The notes: generated by a model not told the origin, from the sequence alone. Counted from the first letter of the stretch, positions 10,193 to 20,512 are shown. The stretch: DNA of 64,000 nt from Cyanobacteriota bacterium (GCA_033764955.1 JANRIL010000005.1:96001-160000), one strand, 5' to 3'. Made by a program: numbers and translations.

Positions 10193-10588
10193 ATGGAATC
10201 TGTACAGTTTGCGGTTAATGGTACACTGATGCGGGGATTGGCTCTCAACGAAAATTTGCATTCTGTTGGAGCAACTTTTTTGCATGAGTCGGTAACAGCA
10301 TCAATGTATCGAATTTGGTCAATTGATGATGTTCATCCTGCTATGCTGCGTGTTAAGCAAGGGGGGGCAGCGATTGCAGTAGAAGTATGGGATGTCCCTC
10401 TGATTGGTTTAGGAAAAATTCTGCTAAAAGAGCCACCTGGTCTCTGTATTGGCAAAGTTTTTCTATCTGATGGGAAGCAGGTTTTGGGTGTTTTGGGTGA
10501 GCCTATTTTGTGTGATGGCCAGCAGGACATCACAGAATGGGGAGGATGGCGAGCCTATACGGAATCTCACTCTCTGCAAATGGCCTAA
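10193..10588 (+). CDS. stand-alone allophanate hydrolase C-terminal-like (GGCT-fold) protein
   Basis: FAVNGTLMRGLALN...YRIW...PAMLR...IAVEVWDVP...EPPGLCIGKV.LSDG.QVLG.LGE...DITEWGGWRAY resembles the AtzF / urea amidolyase C-domain. Confidence 0.8.
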   Translation: MESVQFAVNGTLMRGLALNENLHSVGATFLHESVTASMYRIWSIDDVHPAMLRVKQGGAAIAVEVWDVPLIGLGKILLKEPPGLCIGKVFLSDGKQVLGVLGEPILCDGQQDITEWGGWRAYTESHSLQMA

Positions 10589-10797
10589 GGTTATGTAAAA
10601 TCTAGGCAAAAATCATCTGTTGAGAGCTTCCGCCGAGGGAGAAATGCCTACGAAAAGACTTTGAGATTATGATCAGATTCCGGCAACAAACTTCTGAGGA
10701 AATCGTCAATTCTTACTAAGGTTAGTGTTTCTACCTTCCCCCCTTTGTATCTGTCTTAATCCACTTGTTTCTTTTTTCATAAGGATGGTTACCCACT

Positions 10798-11952
10798 ATG
10801 TCTCAACGTCCTTTTCTGAAGTTAACTCGCCGTCAATGGATCCAAAGCGCTGCCGCTGCTACTACCTTGACCCTAACTTCTCAGGTTTGGAAATTTAATA
10901 CGGCTCAAGCTCAAGATAAGTTGGTGATTGGATTTATCTATGTCGGTCCTAAAGATGACTTTGGCTACAATCAGGCTCATTTTGAGGGGAAAGAAGGTAT
11001 TTCTAAACTCGAAGGGGTAGAGACGGTTGATGAAGCCAATGTGCCAGAAACTACGGCGGTTGAAGAATCCATGCGAGCCATGATTGAGCAGGATGGAGCA
11101 ACGGTTTTATTCCCAACTTCCTTCGGATATTTTGACCCCCACATCCTCAAACTGGCGGAAGAATATCCCGAAGTTCAATTCTTTCACTGTGGTGGACTCT
11201 ATCAAGAAGGAACGCATCCCAAAAATGTAGGCAGTTATTATGGTTATATTGACGAGGCTCAGTATATTGCTGGAATCGTAGCTGCTTCCACCAGCAAAAC
11301 AGGCAAATTAGGCTTTATTGGAGCCAAACCGATTCCACAGGTTGTTCGCAATATCAATAGCTTTACTTTGGGCGCTCAAAGTGTAAAGCCAGATATTACC
11401 ACTCAACTCATTTTTACGGGAGATTGGGCACTACCTGTCAAAGAAGCAGAAGCTGCCAATAGTATGGCGGATCAAGGGATTGATGTGATCACCTGCCATG
11501 TGGATAGTCCAAAAATTGTTATGGAAACCGCCGAAAAACGCGGGATTTTCTGTAGTGGCTACCACGCAGATCAGGTGAAATTGGCTCCTAAGGGCTACTT
11601 AACCGGAGCCGAATGGGACTGGACAAGTGTTTATACCAACTACACCAAAGAGATCCAAGCAGGCAAAACCCTGATGAATGGTGGGATCCCCCATTTGGTG
11701 CGGGGTGGATTAAAGGATGGCTTCTGTAAACTTTCTGCCTATGGGCCGGCTGTAGGAGAAGAGGGCAAGAAAGCTGCCGATGCGGCTAAGGCCAAATTTA
11801 TGGATGACACCATGATCATTTATAAAGGTGAATTGAAGGATAACACTGGAAAAGTGGTGATTCCGGCGGGAACAGAATTGCCTCAAAAAGCTCCTGAATT
11901 GGAGTCGATGGGTTGGTTGGTGGCCGGCGTTTTGGGCAGTACCCAAAGCTAG
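10798..11952 (+). CDS. BMP family (nucleoside/purine-type) ABC substrate-binding protein with Tat signal
   Basis: TRRQWIQ leader, GFIYVGPKDDFGYNQAH, TSFGY and RNINSFTLGA. Confidence 0.9.
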   Translation: MSQRPFLKLTRRQWIQSAAAATTLTLTSQVWKFNTAQAQDKLVIGFIYVGPKDDFGYNQAHFEGKEGISKLEGVETVDEANVPETTAVEESMRAMIEQDGATVLFPTSFGYFDPHILKLAEEYPEVQFFHCGGLYQEGTHPKNVGSYYGYIDEAQYIAGIVAASTSKTGKLGFIGAKPIPQVVRNINSFTLGAQSVKPDITTQLIFTGDWALPVKEAEAANSMADQGIDVITCHVDSPKIVMETAEKRGIFCSGYHADQVKLAPKGYLTGAEWDWTSVYTNYTKEIQAGKTLMNGGIPHLVRGGLKDGFCKLSAYGPAVGEEGKKAADAAKAKFMDDTMIIYKGELKDNTGKVVIPAGTELPQKAPELESMGWLVAGVLGSTQS

Positions 11953-12073
11953 GGATCCCCTACCCAATTTGACCATTCATCTATAGGGGCAGCCTGCTCT
12001 AGATAGGCAACCATAGGGAAACCAGGTTCGCCCCTTCCTCTCTCCTTCTCAGTAGTCTTTTATAGGGAAATTC

Positions 12074-13162
12074 ATGACGCTATCCGCCACCTTTAGCCCG
12101 CCTGGAATCCGATGGCGTTCTACCCTGGAACCCATTCTTCTGCCTCTGGGATCCCTGATTATTTCCCTGATTATTTTTGGGGTTTTTTGTGGGGCAGCAG
12201 GAGCTAATCCTTTTGAGGTTTATGGGTCGATTTATCAAGCTGCCTTTGGTAGTTGGAGTTCTCTACAAAATACTCTAGTTCGGGCAGCTCCCCTCATGTT
12301 GGCCTCCCTTTGTACGATCTTGCCTGCTCGTTTGGGCTTGATTGTTATTGGGAATGAAGGTGCCATTGTGATTGGTGGATTAGCTGCTATTGCGATCGGG
12401 TTGGCCTTTGATTCTGCTCCCCCTCCGGTTGTGGTCTTGTTGATGGCCTTGGCTGGCATGATAGGCGGGGGAGTCTGGATTATGATTGTGGGCGCTCTGC
12501 GTCATTATCGAGGCGTGAATGAAACGATCAGTAGTCTGCTGATGAACTACATTGCCATTGCCTTGCTTAATCATTTGGTGGGTGGTCCCATGCGGGATCC
12601 CTCCAGCCTCAATAAGCCTTCTACCTTCCCGATTGCGGAAGCCAATATGCTAGGGACACTGCCAGATACCCGTGTGCATTTTGGTCTGCTCTACGGAATT
12701 ATTGCTTGCCTAATTGGCTATTTCTTGATTCAACGCACAACCTTTGGGTTCTCTGTCCGCACGATTGGTGGCAATCCACGGGTGGCCAGAATTGCCGGAA
12801 TCGCTGTTGCCAAATTGAGCTTAATCATTTGTTTTTTGGCCGGTTCCTGTGCTGGTTTAGCCGGCATGGTGGAGGTAGCGGCTGTTCACGGACGAGCCAA
12901 TGAATCCTTAAACGCCAACTATGGCTACAGCAGTATTTTGGTAGCTTTTATTGCTCGACAAAATCCAGCCGCTGCTATTCTCATGTCAATTCTCTTAGGC
13001 GGTATTTTAGCCAGTGGAGGTATTCTGCAACGACGGCACGATTTACCGGATGCTACTGTCTTAGTCTTTCAGGGTATTGTCTTTTTGGTGATTCTATTTA
13101 GTGAGTCCCTATATGGACGTTTTGAGTTCTTTCGAGATCGAGATGGAGCCAGTGCTAGTTGA
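12074..13162 (+). CDS. CUT2/nucleoside-type ABC permease 1
   Basis: IGNEG, VNETISSLLMNYIA and GFSVRTIGGNPRVARIAGI. Confidence 0.88.
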   Translation: MTLSATFSPPGIRWRSTLEPILLPLGSLIISLIIFGVFCGAAGANPFEVYGSIYQAAFGSWSSLQNTLVRAAPLMLASLCTILPARLGLIVIGNEGAIVIGGLAAIAIGLAFDSAPPPVVVLLMALAGMIGGGVWIMIVGALRHYRGVNETISSLLMNYIAIALLNHLVGGPMRDPSSLNKPSTFPIAEANMLGTLPDTRVHFGLLYGIIACLIGYFLIQRTTFGFSVRTIGGNPRVARIAGIAVAKLSLIICFLAGSCAGLAGMVEVAAVHGRANESLNANYGYSSILVAFIARQNPAAAILMSILLGGILASGGILQRRHDLPDATVLVFQGIVFLVILFSESLYGRFEFFRDRDGASAS

Positions 13163-13307
13163 TTGATAAATTCTGGTTGATCGGTACGCACGATGGGCAA
13201 AAAACATCCAGGATATATCCATTCTTCACTGACTTGGCTGTTTTAGTTTTCATACATCTAAGCATTGTTAGTTTTTGTCTATTTTGTAGAGATTAAAAGG
13301 GGTTGAT

Positions 13308-14255
13308 ATGGCTACAGAAGGATTGGGTTGGTGGGGAGTTCCCTTGGCAGTTGTGGCGGGGACTTTGCGCGGCAGCGCCCCCTTTTTGTTTGTCAGTCTA
13401 GGGGAATGTCTAACGGAAAAAAGCGGCAAGATCAACCTGGGATTGGAGGGCACGCTTCTGCTGGGAGCCATGACAGCCTATGCCACTTCCTATCTGACCC
13501 AAGACACGGTGGGATCCTTGATTGCCCCCTGGCTGGGTGTGGTGGCGGCGGGGGTGGCGGGCATGATTTTGGGGGCGATCCATGCTTTTCTCTCCCAACA
13601 ACCCAAAGTCAATGATGTGGCGGTGGGGATCGCCATGATCATTTTTGGGAGTGGTCTGGCTTTTTATTTTGGCAAACCCTTCATTCAACCTGTGGCCGCT
13701 CAATTGCCTGCTTTTGAGTTTGGCAACTGGAGTGATAACCCTGTTTTGCAGGCAGCACTCAAGGTCAGCCCGCTTTTTGTTTTGGGGATCCTTCTGGCCT
13801 TTGCCATGAATCGGTTTTTCAAAAGCTTTCGCTGGGGGCTTTATGTACGAGCGGTGGGAGATAGTCCAGAAGCCGCCCGTGCGATGGGGATCTCTGTGCC
13901 CTGGGTGAGAACCTGTGCCATTATGGCGGGCAGTTTTTTGGCGGGCATTGGTGGCGCTTACCTTTCCCTCTACTATCCCGGCAGTTGGACGGAGCGCATC
14001 TCCAGTGGACAGGGATTGATGGCGGTAGCCCTAGTGATTTTTGCCAAATGGGATCCCATTCAATGTCTGTATGCCGCCCTCTTGTTTGGGGGCGCTCAGG
14101 CAATTGGCCCTGCTTTGCAATCGGTGGGGGTACAGTCCAACTACTATCTCTGGAACGCGGCTCCCTATGTCTTGACGCTGGCGATCATGATCATCACCAG
14201 TTCCCCTGTCCGCACCTTGGCGGGGATGCCGGGAGCCTTGGGCACAGGCAAATAA
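13308..14255 (+). CDS. CUT2/nucleoside-type ABC permease 2
   Basis: EKSGKINLGLEG, GLYVRAVGDSPEAARAMGI and GQGLMAVALVIF. Confidence 0.88.
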   Translation: MATEGLGWWGVPLAVVAGTLRGSAPFLFVSLGECLTEKSGKINLGLEGTLLLGAMTAYATSYLTQDTVGSLIAPWLGVVAAGVAGMILGAIHAFLSQQPKVNDVAVGIAMIIFGSGLAFYFGKPFIQPVAAQLPAFEFGNWSDNPVLQAALKVSPLFVLGILLAFAMNRFFKSFRWGLYVRAVGDSPEAARAMGISVPWVRTCAIMAGSFLAGIGGAYLSLYYPGSWTERISSGQGLMAVALVIFAKWDPIQCLYAALLFGGAQAIGPALQSVGVQSNYYLWNAAPYVLTLAIMIITSSPVRTLAGMPGALGTGK

Positions 14256-14388
14256 ATTCCCTCGTAGCATGGCAGATTCTCTATGTTTTTTTGATTTTGT
14301 ACAAAGTTTTTTGACAATCGTCTGCTACGGAACAGTCATGCAAGCACGGAAAGGACTAAAAGCAGGCAATAGCGATGGAGGCTGACTG

Positions 14389-15411
14389 ATGAGTGGACTG
14401 GGTGGACTGAATAAATCTCCCAACGGTGTCGTTCTCGGCATGGTGCAGTTGCAACTACCCCAAGTGGCAACCCCCGACGAGTTGAACCAACAAACCGAGC
14501 GGATCTGTCAGATGGTGGGGAAAGCACGCCGCAACATGCCCTCCCTAGATTTAGTGGTGTTTCCCGAATACGCTTTGCATGGGCTATCGATGGATACCAA
14601 CCCTGAGATAATGTGTCGCCTGGATGGACCAGAGGTGGCAGCCTTTAGCCAAGCCTGTCGAGAACACCAGATTTGGGGATGCTTTAGCCTGATGGAGTTT
14701 AACCCCCACGGTAATCCCTACAACAGTGGCATTATCTTGGATGAGCAGGGAGAACTCAAACTTTATTACCGCAAGCTACACCCCTGGGTTCCGGTTGAAC
14801 CGTGGGAACCCGGCAACATCGGGATCCCTGTCTGTGAGGGTCCCAATGGATCCACGCTGGCTCTGATTATTTGTCACGATGGCATGTTTCCCGAAATGGC
14901 TAGGGAATGCGCCTACAAAGGGGCAGAAATTATGATTCGCACAGCCGGCTATACGGCTCCCATTCGCCATGCCTGGCGGATTACCAACCAAGCCAATGCG
15001 TTTTGTAATCTCATGGTGACAGCTTCCGTCTGTATGTGTGGCAGCGATGGCACGTTTGACTCAATGGGCGAGGCCATGATCTGCCATTTTGACGGCACTC
15101 CCCTGGTAATGGGATCCCATCGCCCGGATGAAATCATTACGGGGGAAGTGCGACCCGATTTGGTACGGGAGGCTCGCATTCACTGGGGAGTAGAAAATAA
15201 CATTTATCAACTGGGACATCGGGGCTATGTTGCCGTTCAGGGAGGGGCACAGGATTGCCCCTATACCTATATGCAGGATCTCGTGAATGGCACCTACCAT
15301 CTGCCCTGGGATGAGCAAGTGATTCACAAAGATGGCACGGCTTGCGGGTTTCCCGCTCCTACCCGTACCTATAGTCCAGCCATGCCCGAAAGAGTTTCTC
15401 TCTCCTCCTAG
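14389..15411 (+). CDS. formamidase-like (AmiF-type) nitrilase superfamily hydrolase
   Basis: Glu-Lys-Cys triad in [11 protein letters not shown] and [13 protein letters not shown] is the formamidase-type signature. Confidence 0.85.
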   Translation: MSGLGGLNKSPNGVVLGMVQLQLPQVATPDELNQQTERICQMVGKARRNMPSLDLVVFPEYALHGLSMDTNPEIMCRLDGPEVAAFSQACREHQIWGCFSLMEFNPHGNPYNSGIILDEQGELKLYYRKLHPWVPVEPWEPGNIGIPVCEGPNGSTLALIICHDGMFPEMARECAYKGAEIMIRTAGYTAPIRHAWRITNQANAFCNLMVTASVCMCGSDGTFDSMGEAMICHFDGTPLVMGSHRPDEIITGEVRPDLVREARIHWGVENNIYQLGHRGYVAVQGGAQDCPYTYMQDLVNGTYHLPWDEQVIHKDGTACGFPAPTRTYSPAMPERVSLSS

Positions 15412-15449
15412 CCCCCATCTCCCTATTAGCCCTTCATCACTCAGCCATT

Positions 15450-16139
15450 ATGGGATCCCGAACCGTTGACTCTACCCCTTATCCCTATCCCTACAATGGG
15501 GATCTGCGGCCTGATAATTCGGCCCTGGTGATTATTGATATGCAGACAGATTTTTGTGGGGAGGGTGGGTATGTAGACAAAATGGGTTACGACCTATCCT
15601 TAACTCGTGCTCCCATCCAACCCATTCAAAAAGTTCTATCTGTCTTTCGCTCCAAAGGATTTTGGATCATTCATACCCGTGAAGGGCATCGGCCTGATCT
15701 ATCGGATTTACCTGCCAATAAACGCTGGCGCAGTCAACAAATTGGGGCGGGCATCGGAGATCCTGGCCCCTGTGGCAAGATCCTAGTGCGCGGAGAACCC
15801 GGTTGGGAAATTATTCCTGAACTGGCTCCTTTGCCAGGAGAAATTATTATTGATAAGCCTGGTAAGGGATCCTTTTATGCCACCGATTTAGACTTGATTT
15901 TGCTCCGCAATCGCATCCAGAACCTAATTTTGACAGGTATTACTACCGATGTTTGTGTGCATACGACTATGCGAGAAGCCAATGATCGGGGTTATGAATG
16001 TCTATTGCTCTCCGATTGTACGGGGGCAACCGATTACAACAATTATCTAGCCGCTCTCAGTATGATCAAAATGCAGGGGGGAGTTTTTGGTACTGTGGGA
16101 TCATCGGATGCTTTACTAGAAGTAATTGATTCAATGTGA
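15450..16139 (+). CDS. biuH: biuret hydrolase (isochorismatase-like cysteine hydrolase)
   Basis: [70 protein letters not shown] and KMQGGVFG match BiuH-type residues as I recall them. Confidence 0.88.
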   Translation: MGSRTVDSTPYPYPYNGDLRPDNSALVIIDMQTDFCGEGGYVDKMGYDLSLTRAPIQPIQKVLSVFRSKGFWIIHTREGHRPDLSDLPANKRWRSQQIGAGIGDPGPCGKILVRGEPGWEIIPELAPLPGEIIIDKPGKGSFYATDLDLILLRNRIQNLILTGITTDVCVHTTMREANDRGYECLLLSDCTGATDYNNYLAALSMIKMQGGVFGTVGSSDALLEVIDSM

Positions 16140-16304
16140 ATAATAATCGAAACGTTTCATTCACATCATTGTTTCGCATAGTTTCACATAACTGTATTGA
16201 CATAGATTATCCCCCCATTTCATCACAGTACATTCTATACTCTCGCAATTTTCTCAACATCAAATCTCGATCCACCAGAAACTACTTTTTAGGGAGCCTC
16301 CATC

Positions 16305-17852
16305 ATGACATCCGTAATTGCAGAGCGCCAAACTGAACTGGTTAAGCCACCCGAACTACAGGTGGTCAATATGACGAAGCAGTTTGGCTCACTAGTCGCA
16401 CTCGATCATGTCTCCCTCCACCTCAAACCTGGCAGTTTTCATGCTCTTTTGGGAGAAAATGGAGCCGGCAAAAGTACCCTTGTTAAGTGCGTGATGGGTT
16501 TTTATACGCCAACATCGGGAGAGGTTTTGATCAACCACGAACCAAGTACTATTCACAGCCCACGAGATGCCCATAAGTTTGGTATTGGCATGGTCTATCA
16601 GCACTTTACCTCAGTGCCAGCCATGACGGTTGCCGAAAACTTAATCCTCTCTAGTTTTGAAAGTCCTAGCATCATTAACTGGAAGAAAGAACTGGAGTCG
16701 TTGGATGCTTTTATGCAAACTGCCCCTTTCCAACTTCCCCTTAATACCCCCATTGCTCAATTAGCGGCGGGACAAAAGCAGAAACTAGAAATTCTCAAGC
16801 AGCTTTATCTCAAAAATCGCATTTTGATCTTGGATGAACCAACTTCTGTTCTAACTCCGGGGGAAGCTGATGAAATTTTGGGGTTGCTGCGAGCAGAAGT
16901 TAATGCAGAACGACTGAGTGTGTTGATGATCAGTCATAAATTTCGAGAAATTACAGCCTTTGTGGATGAAGTAACTGTTTTACGCAAAGGGAAATTTGCT
17001 GGGCATGGATTGGTGAAAGATTTAACGGTAGCGGATATGGCCGCCATGATGTTAGGAGAGCAGCGAGAGGCCAAATCAGTTCAAAAAACTCAGACCGCAG
17101 AGAAGAAACCTATTCTAGAAATCAAGAATATTCATGCCAACAAAGATAACGGATTAGAGGCCGTGGGGGGAGTAAATCTGGCTATCAACAGCGGAGAAAT
17201 TGTTGGTATCGCTGGAGTCAGTGGCAACGGTCAGCGTGAATTAGTGGAAGTCTTAGCTGGACAGCGCCCCGCCACACAGGGTGAAATTCTTGTCAACGGA
17301 AAACCGTATACAGCAACTCGGGCAGAAATGTATGAACATCAAATCTTTGTTCTGCCGGAAGAACCCCTACGAAATGCCTGTGTTCCCTACATGAGTGTGG
17401 CAGAAAATATGGCCTTGCGAACCTTTGATCGTCCCCCGCAAGCACAGGCAGGAATCCTCCTCATTTTGTCAGCTATCCGGCAAATGGCTCAAGGGTTAAT
17501 TACCCAATTTAAGGTAAAAACTCCCTCAGCGGAGACCCCGATTGGCAACTTATCAGGTGGAAATGTCCAGCGTGCCGTCTTAGCCAGAGAGTTATCCTCC
17601 GAAAATATTAAACTGCTCATTGCCGCCAACCCTTGTTTTGGTCTCGATTTTGCAGCCGTGGACTATATTCATGGACAAATTGTTGAAGCTAGAAATCGAG
17701 GTGTTGCGGTTCTTTTGGTCAGCGAAGACTTAGACGAACTGCTGGCTTTAGTAGATAGAATTGTTGTCATTAGTGAAGGTCACTTTGTTTATGAAAGCCC
17801 CATTGAAAGGGTAGAGTTTGCCACAATCGGTCAAAAGATGGCTGGTCACTAA
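16305..17852 (+). CDS. double-domain CUT2 ABC ATP-binding protein
   Basis: GENGAGKSTL, LILDEPT, GVSGNGQ, LSGGNVQR and VSEDLDEL. Confidence 0.92.
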   Translation: MTSVIAERQTELVKPPELQVVNMTKQFGSLVALDHVSLHLKPGSFHALLGENGAGKSTLVKCVMGFYTPTSGEVLINHEPSTIHSPRDAHKFGIGMVYQHFTSVPAMTVAENLILSSFESPSIINWKKELESLDAFMQTAPFQLPLNTPIAQLAAGQKQKLEILKQLYLKNRILILDEPTSVLTPGEADEILGLLRAEVNAERLSVLMISHKFREITAFVDEVTVLRKGKFAGHGLVKDLTVADMAAMMLGEQREAKSVQKTQTAEKKPILEIKNIHANKDNGLEAVGGVNLAINSGEIVGIAGVSGNGQRELVEVLAGQRPATQGEILVNGKPYTATRAEMYEHQIFVLPEEPLRNACVPYMSVAENMALRTFDRPPQAQAGILLILSAIRQMAQGLITQFKVKTPSAETPIGNLSGGNVQRAVLARELSSENIKLLIAANPCFGLDFAAVDYIHGQIVEARNRGVAVLLVSEDLDELLALVDRIVVISEGHFVYESPIERVEFATIGQKMAGH

Positions 17853-17984
17853 TCTATCGTTTGTGAGCTTATCGGCTTAGCTTTTAGCTATCACTCAACC
17901 CATCCATCCTTTTGTCAGTTTTCTTATTCCTGTTGGTAGTCAGACTAGCCTTATCCATCCCTTATATTGTTGTCGGAACTCCCT

Positions 17985-18671
17985 ATGATCACCATTTCTG
18001 CTCAACCCTACGACTATGTTGTTCCCCACCCCAGTCAAGTAGCCTTGGTCATTATTGACATGCAACGGGATTTTTTGGAGCCAGGGGGGTTTGGGGAGAG
18101 CCTGGGAAATGATATTAGTCAGGTTCGCTCGATTGTTCCTACTTTACAAACCCTATTAGAAACATTTCGTGCTTTGAAACTGACGGTTGTACACACATTG
18201 GAATGTCATCAACCCGATCTTGCCGACTGTCCTCCCGCCAAGCTTTCTAGGGGCAAGGGATCCCTCAAGATTGGCGATGTTGGTCCGATGGGTCGCATTT
18301 TAATTATGGGGGAACCCGGTAATGGGATTATTCCTGAACTATCTCCGATCTCTGGTGAAATCGTCATTCCTAAGCCAGGTAAGGGAGCTTTTTATCACAC
18401 TGAATTGGGATCCCTGTTGGCGGAGCGAGGCATCACCCATCTCTTATTTACTGGAGTCACGACGGAGGTGTGTGTCCAGACTTCTATGCGGGAAGCTAAT
18501 GATCGGGGGTATGAATGTTTACTGATCGAAGATGCCACAGCCAGCTATTTTCCTGCTTTCAAACAAGCCACCTTAGAAATGGTTTCCTCCCAGGGGGGAG
18601 TGGTGGGTTGGGTTAGTTCTGCCTCGTCTGTCATCACAGGCTTACAAGCTGCTTTACAACCAGCTGGCTGA
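17985..18671 (+). CDS. trtA: triuret hydrolase (isochorismatase-like cysteine hydrolase)
   Basis: [57 protein letters not shown] and QGG.VGW. These carry the TrtA-type F/L/N/E/Y substitutions relative to BiuH, as I recall them. Confidence 0.85.
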   Translation: MITISAQPYDYVVPHPSQVALVIIDMQRDFLEPGGFGESLGNDISQVRSIVPTLQTLLETFRALKLTVVHTLECHQPDLADCPPAKLSRGKGSLKIGDVGPMGRILIMGEPGNGIIPELSPISGEIVIPKPGKGAFYHTELGSLLAERGITHLLFTGVTTEVCVQTSMREANDRGYECLLIEDATASYFPAFKQATLEMVSSQGGVVGWVSSASSVITGLQAALQPAG

Positions 18672-18737
18672 GAGAAAAGGCCGTAAAATTCTACCTAAAA
18701 TCTTAATTATGTGGACATCCATCCAGGCTTAACAGGG

Positions 18738-20288
18738 CTAACTGCCTGGACGAAAAAGTCCGATAGCTTTGACTTGATTGGATCCCACTTCAAAAGCAAA
18801 CGCTAAACCAATCGCATCATAATTCACATAATATCGATCATCCCGCGCATATTCACGGCTGCCTTCCGGATAGGGCATCACTTCGTTATACCCATTTTCT
18901 CCTAACTGACCGTAGACTTTTACCACCTCATTGTAGGTAGACCCCATACGGATCCCTTCCGCCGTTTGAGCACTGGGATCCGTTGTATAGATGCGGTTAG
19001 CAAAAAAACTATCCACTACACCCAAATGGCGATAGGTAAAGAGAATATAATCTTGCAGATAAAAGATTTTTAGATCGCTGTTGGGCTGAAATACATTTTT
19101 GCCCGATTCCCCCGATACAGCATCGATATTGCCTAAAAGGGAAGAGTCAATATTGCGAGTATCTAACCCCACTTGAAAGCGGCCAATCCGTCCTTCTTGA
19201 GCAAAAACGTTAGGACGGGCATCGGTAGCCATCGGGCGAGGGGGCAGGCTTAACGCCGCTATCCCTGCGCTTAACCAGGTATTGCTATCTCCCGTAATCG
19301 GCTGCAAGGGCACCAACCCCGCCGCAAGAGAACGCTGATCTCCGGTTTGCCATGTTGAAACCGCCAATTCTACCGCCGCTCCTGAGGGAAGGGCGAAAAA
19401 CTTGGTTTGCCGATCGGTGCCCTGGGTGGGTTGCCCCAGAATAACGGTGTTGCCACTCACCCCCAATTGTGCCGCCAATAAGACGGATCCCTGCTGAGTA
19501 TTGCCATCCACCAACACCGCCAACGGGAACCCAGCCGCAATCGGGACTTGCTGACTATCCCATTCGGTAGGCTCGCCAAAGCGATCTTGGGTGACCAACA
19601 GCGGACGAATCGAGCGGGGCAAAAACAGGCGAGCCACATCCGCAATCACCTGCGGGTCATAACCAACGGAGCCGCGCAGATCCAAAACAACCCCACGGGA
19701 ATAGTTCTGGGTAAATAGGGTCTGGCGAATTTGCTGAGCGGTAGCAGGGGTCAGATCAGGAACCGCTAGATAAACCACATTCGGGGCAATGGTTTGGGCT
19801 TGCAGGGGCGGACGCTGGCGATTGAGGAGCGCCTTAAACTGAGTGGGATCCAAAAACCGATCCGCCGCATCCCCATACTGCTGAAGGGTGGCTTGCAACA
19901 CCTCATATTCAATCTGCTGCGGATCCTGTTGGTTGCCGTATCCTTTAGCCAGCAGTTGGGTATAGAGATCTTGATAGTTAACCGCCCCCGCCTCATTGCC
20001 CGCTTTCAAAGAATCATTGATAAATAGTTTGACAAGATGTTGCAGATCCGCTCCCGGCTTATAGTTGGGATCCCGGCTGGTCAGAGGGGGTAGGGCAGGA
20101 GATTCCGTCGGAGGTGAACCCGTTTGAGGCAAGGTCGGATCGGTGGGCAGTACCGGAGATGCTAGCGGAGCCTCAATAGCAGGGACAACCGGGACAGGCG
20201 GTAACGTTTGAGCTGATACCTCAACACTCCAACCAAGCGAAAGACTCAGCCACAGCACGAGCATCTGACTGGACCAGAGAAATTTCAT
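18738..20288 (-). CDS. secreted S41 (CtpA-like) peptidase homologue, probably inactive, with an extra C-terminal domain
   Basis: Signal peptide, Pro-rich linker, GVVLDLRG, PLAVLVDG and LGQPTQG. The catalytic Ser and Lys positions are substituted. Confidence 0.7.
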   Translation of the reverse strand: MKFLWSSQMLVLWLSLSLGWSVEVSAQTLPPVPVVPAIEAPLASPVLPTDPTLPQTGSPPTESPALPPLTSRDPNYKPGADLQHLVKLFINDSLKAGNEAGAVNYQDLYTQLLAKGYGNQQDPQQIEYEVLQATLQQYGDAADRFLDPTQFKALLNRQRPPLQAQTIAPNVVYLAVPDLTPATAQQIRQTLFTQNYSRGVVLDLRGSVGYDPQVIADVARLFLPRSIRPLLVTQDRFGEPTEWDSQQVPIAAGFPLAVLVDGNTQQGSVLLAAQLGVSGNTVILGQPTQGTDRQTKFFALPSGAAVELAVSTWQTGDQRSLAAGLVPLQPITGDSNTWLSAGIAALSLPPRPMATDARPNVFAQEGRIGRFQVGLDTRNIDSSLLGNIDAVSGESGKNVFQPNSDLKIFYLQDYILFTYRHLGVVDSFFANRIYTTDPSAQTAEGIRMGSTYNEVVKVYGQLGENGYNEVMPYPEGSREYARDDRYYVNYDAIGLAFAFEVGSNQVKAIGLFRPGS

Positions 20289-20512
20289 ATTCTGCCCCTG
20301 CCCCTTAATGGATTTTTGTGGATAGAATTTACCGTAAACGATTTGGGCATCCACTGTCAGCAGTGTTTGAGAATAATCTCGACACTAAACCTGGAGTTTT
20401 TTCTTCATCACCTCTGGGATCCCGGCCTGTTTTTGACAGAAAGTTAAGATATCCTTGAGACAAGCCGTAAGGTTTTGTAATTAGCAGTAACCTTCTTCAG
20501 GGGTCAGCGTTA

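Noticed and set aside
10721..10762. NtcA promoter for the BMP operon (GTT-N8-TAC at 10721-10734)
   Set aside because: One mismatch, and the hexamer 22 nt downstream is TAATCC rather than TAN3T. Too weak to call.
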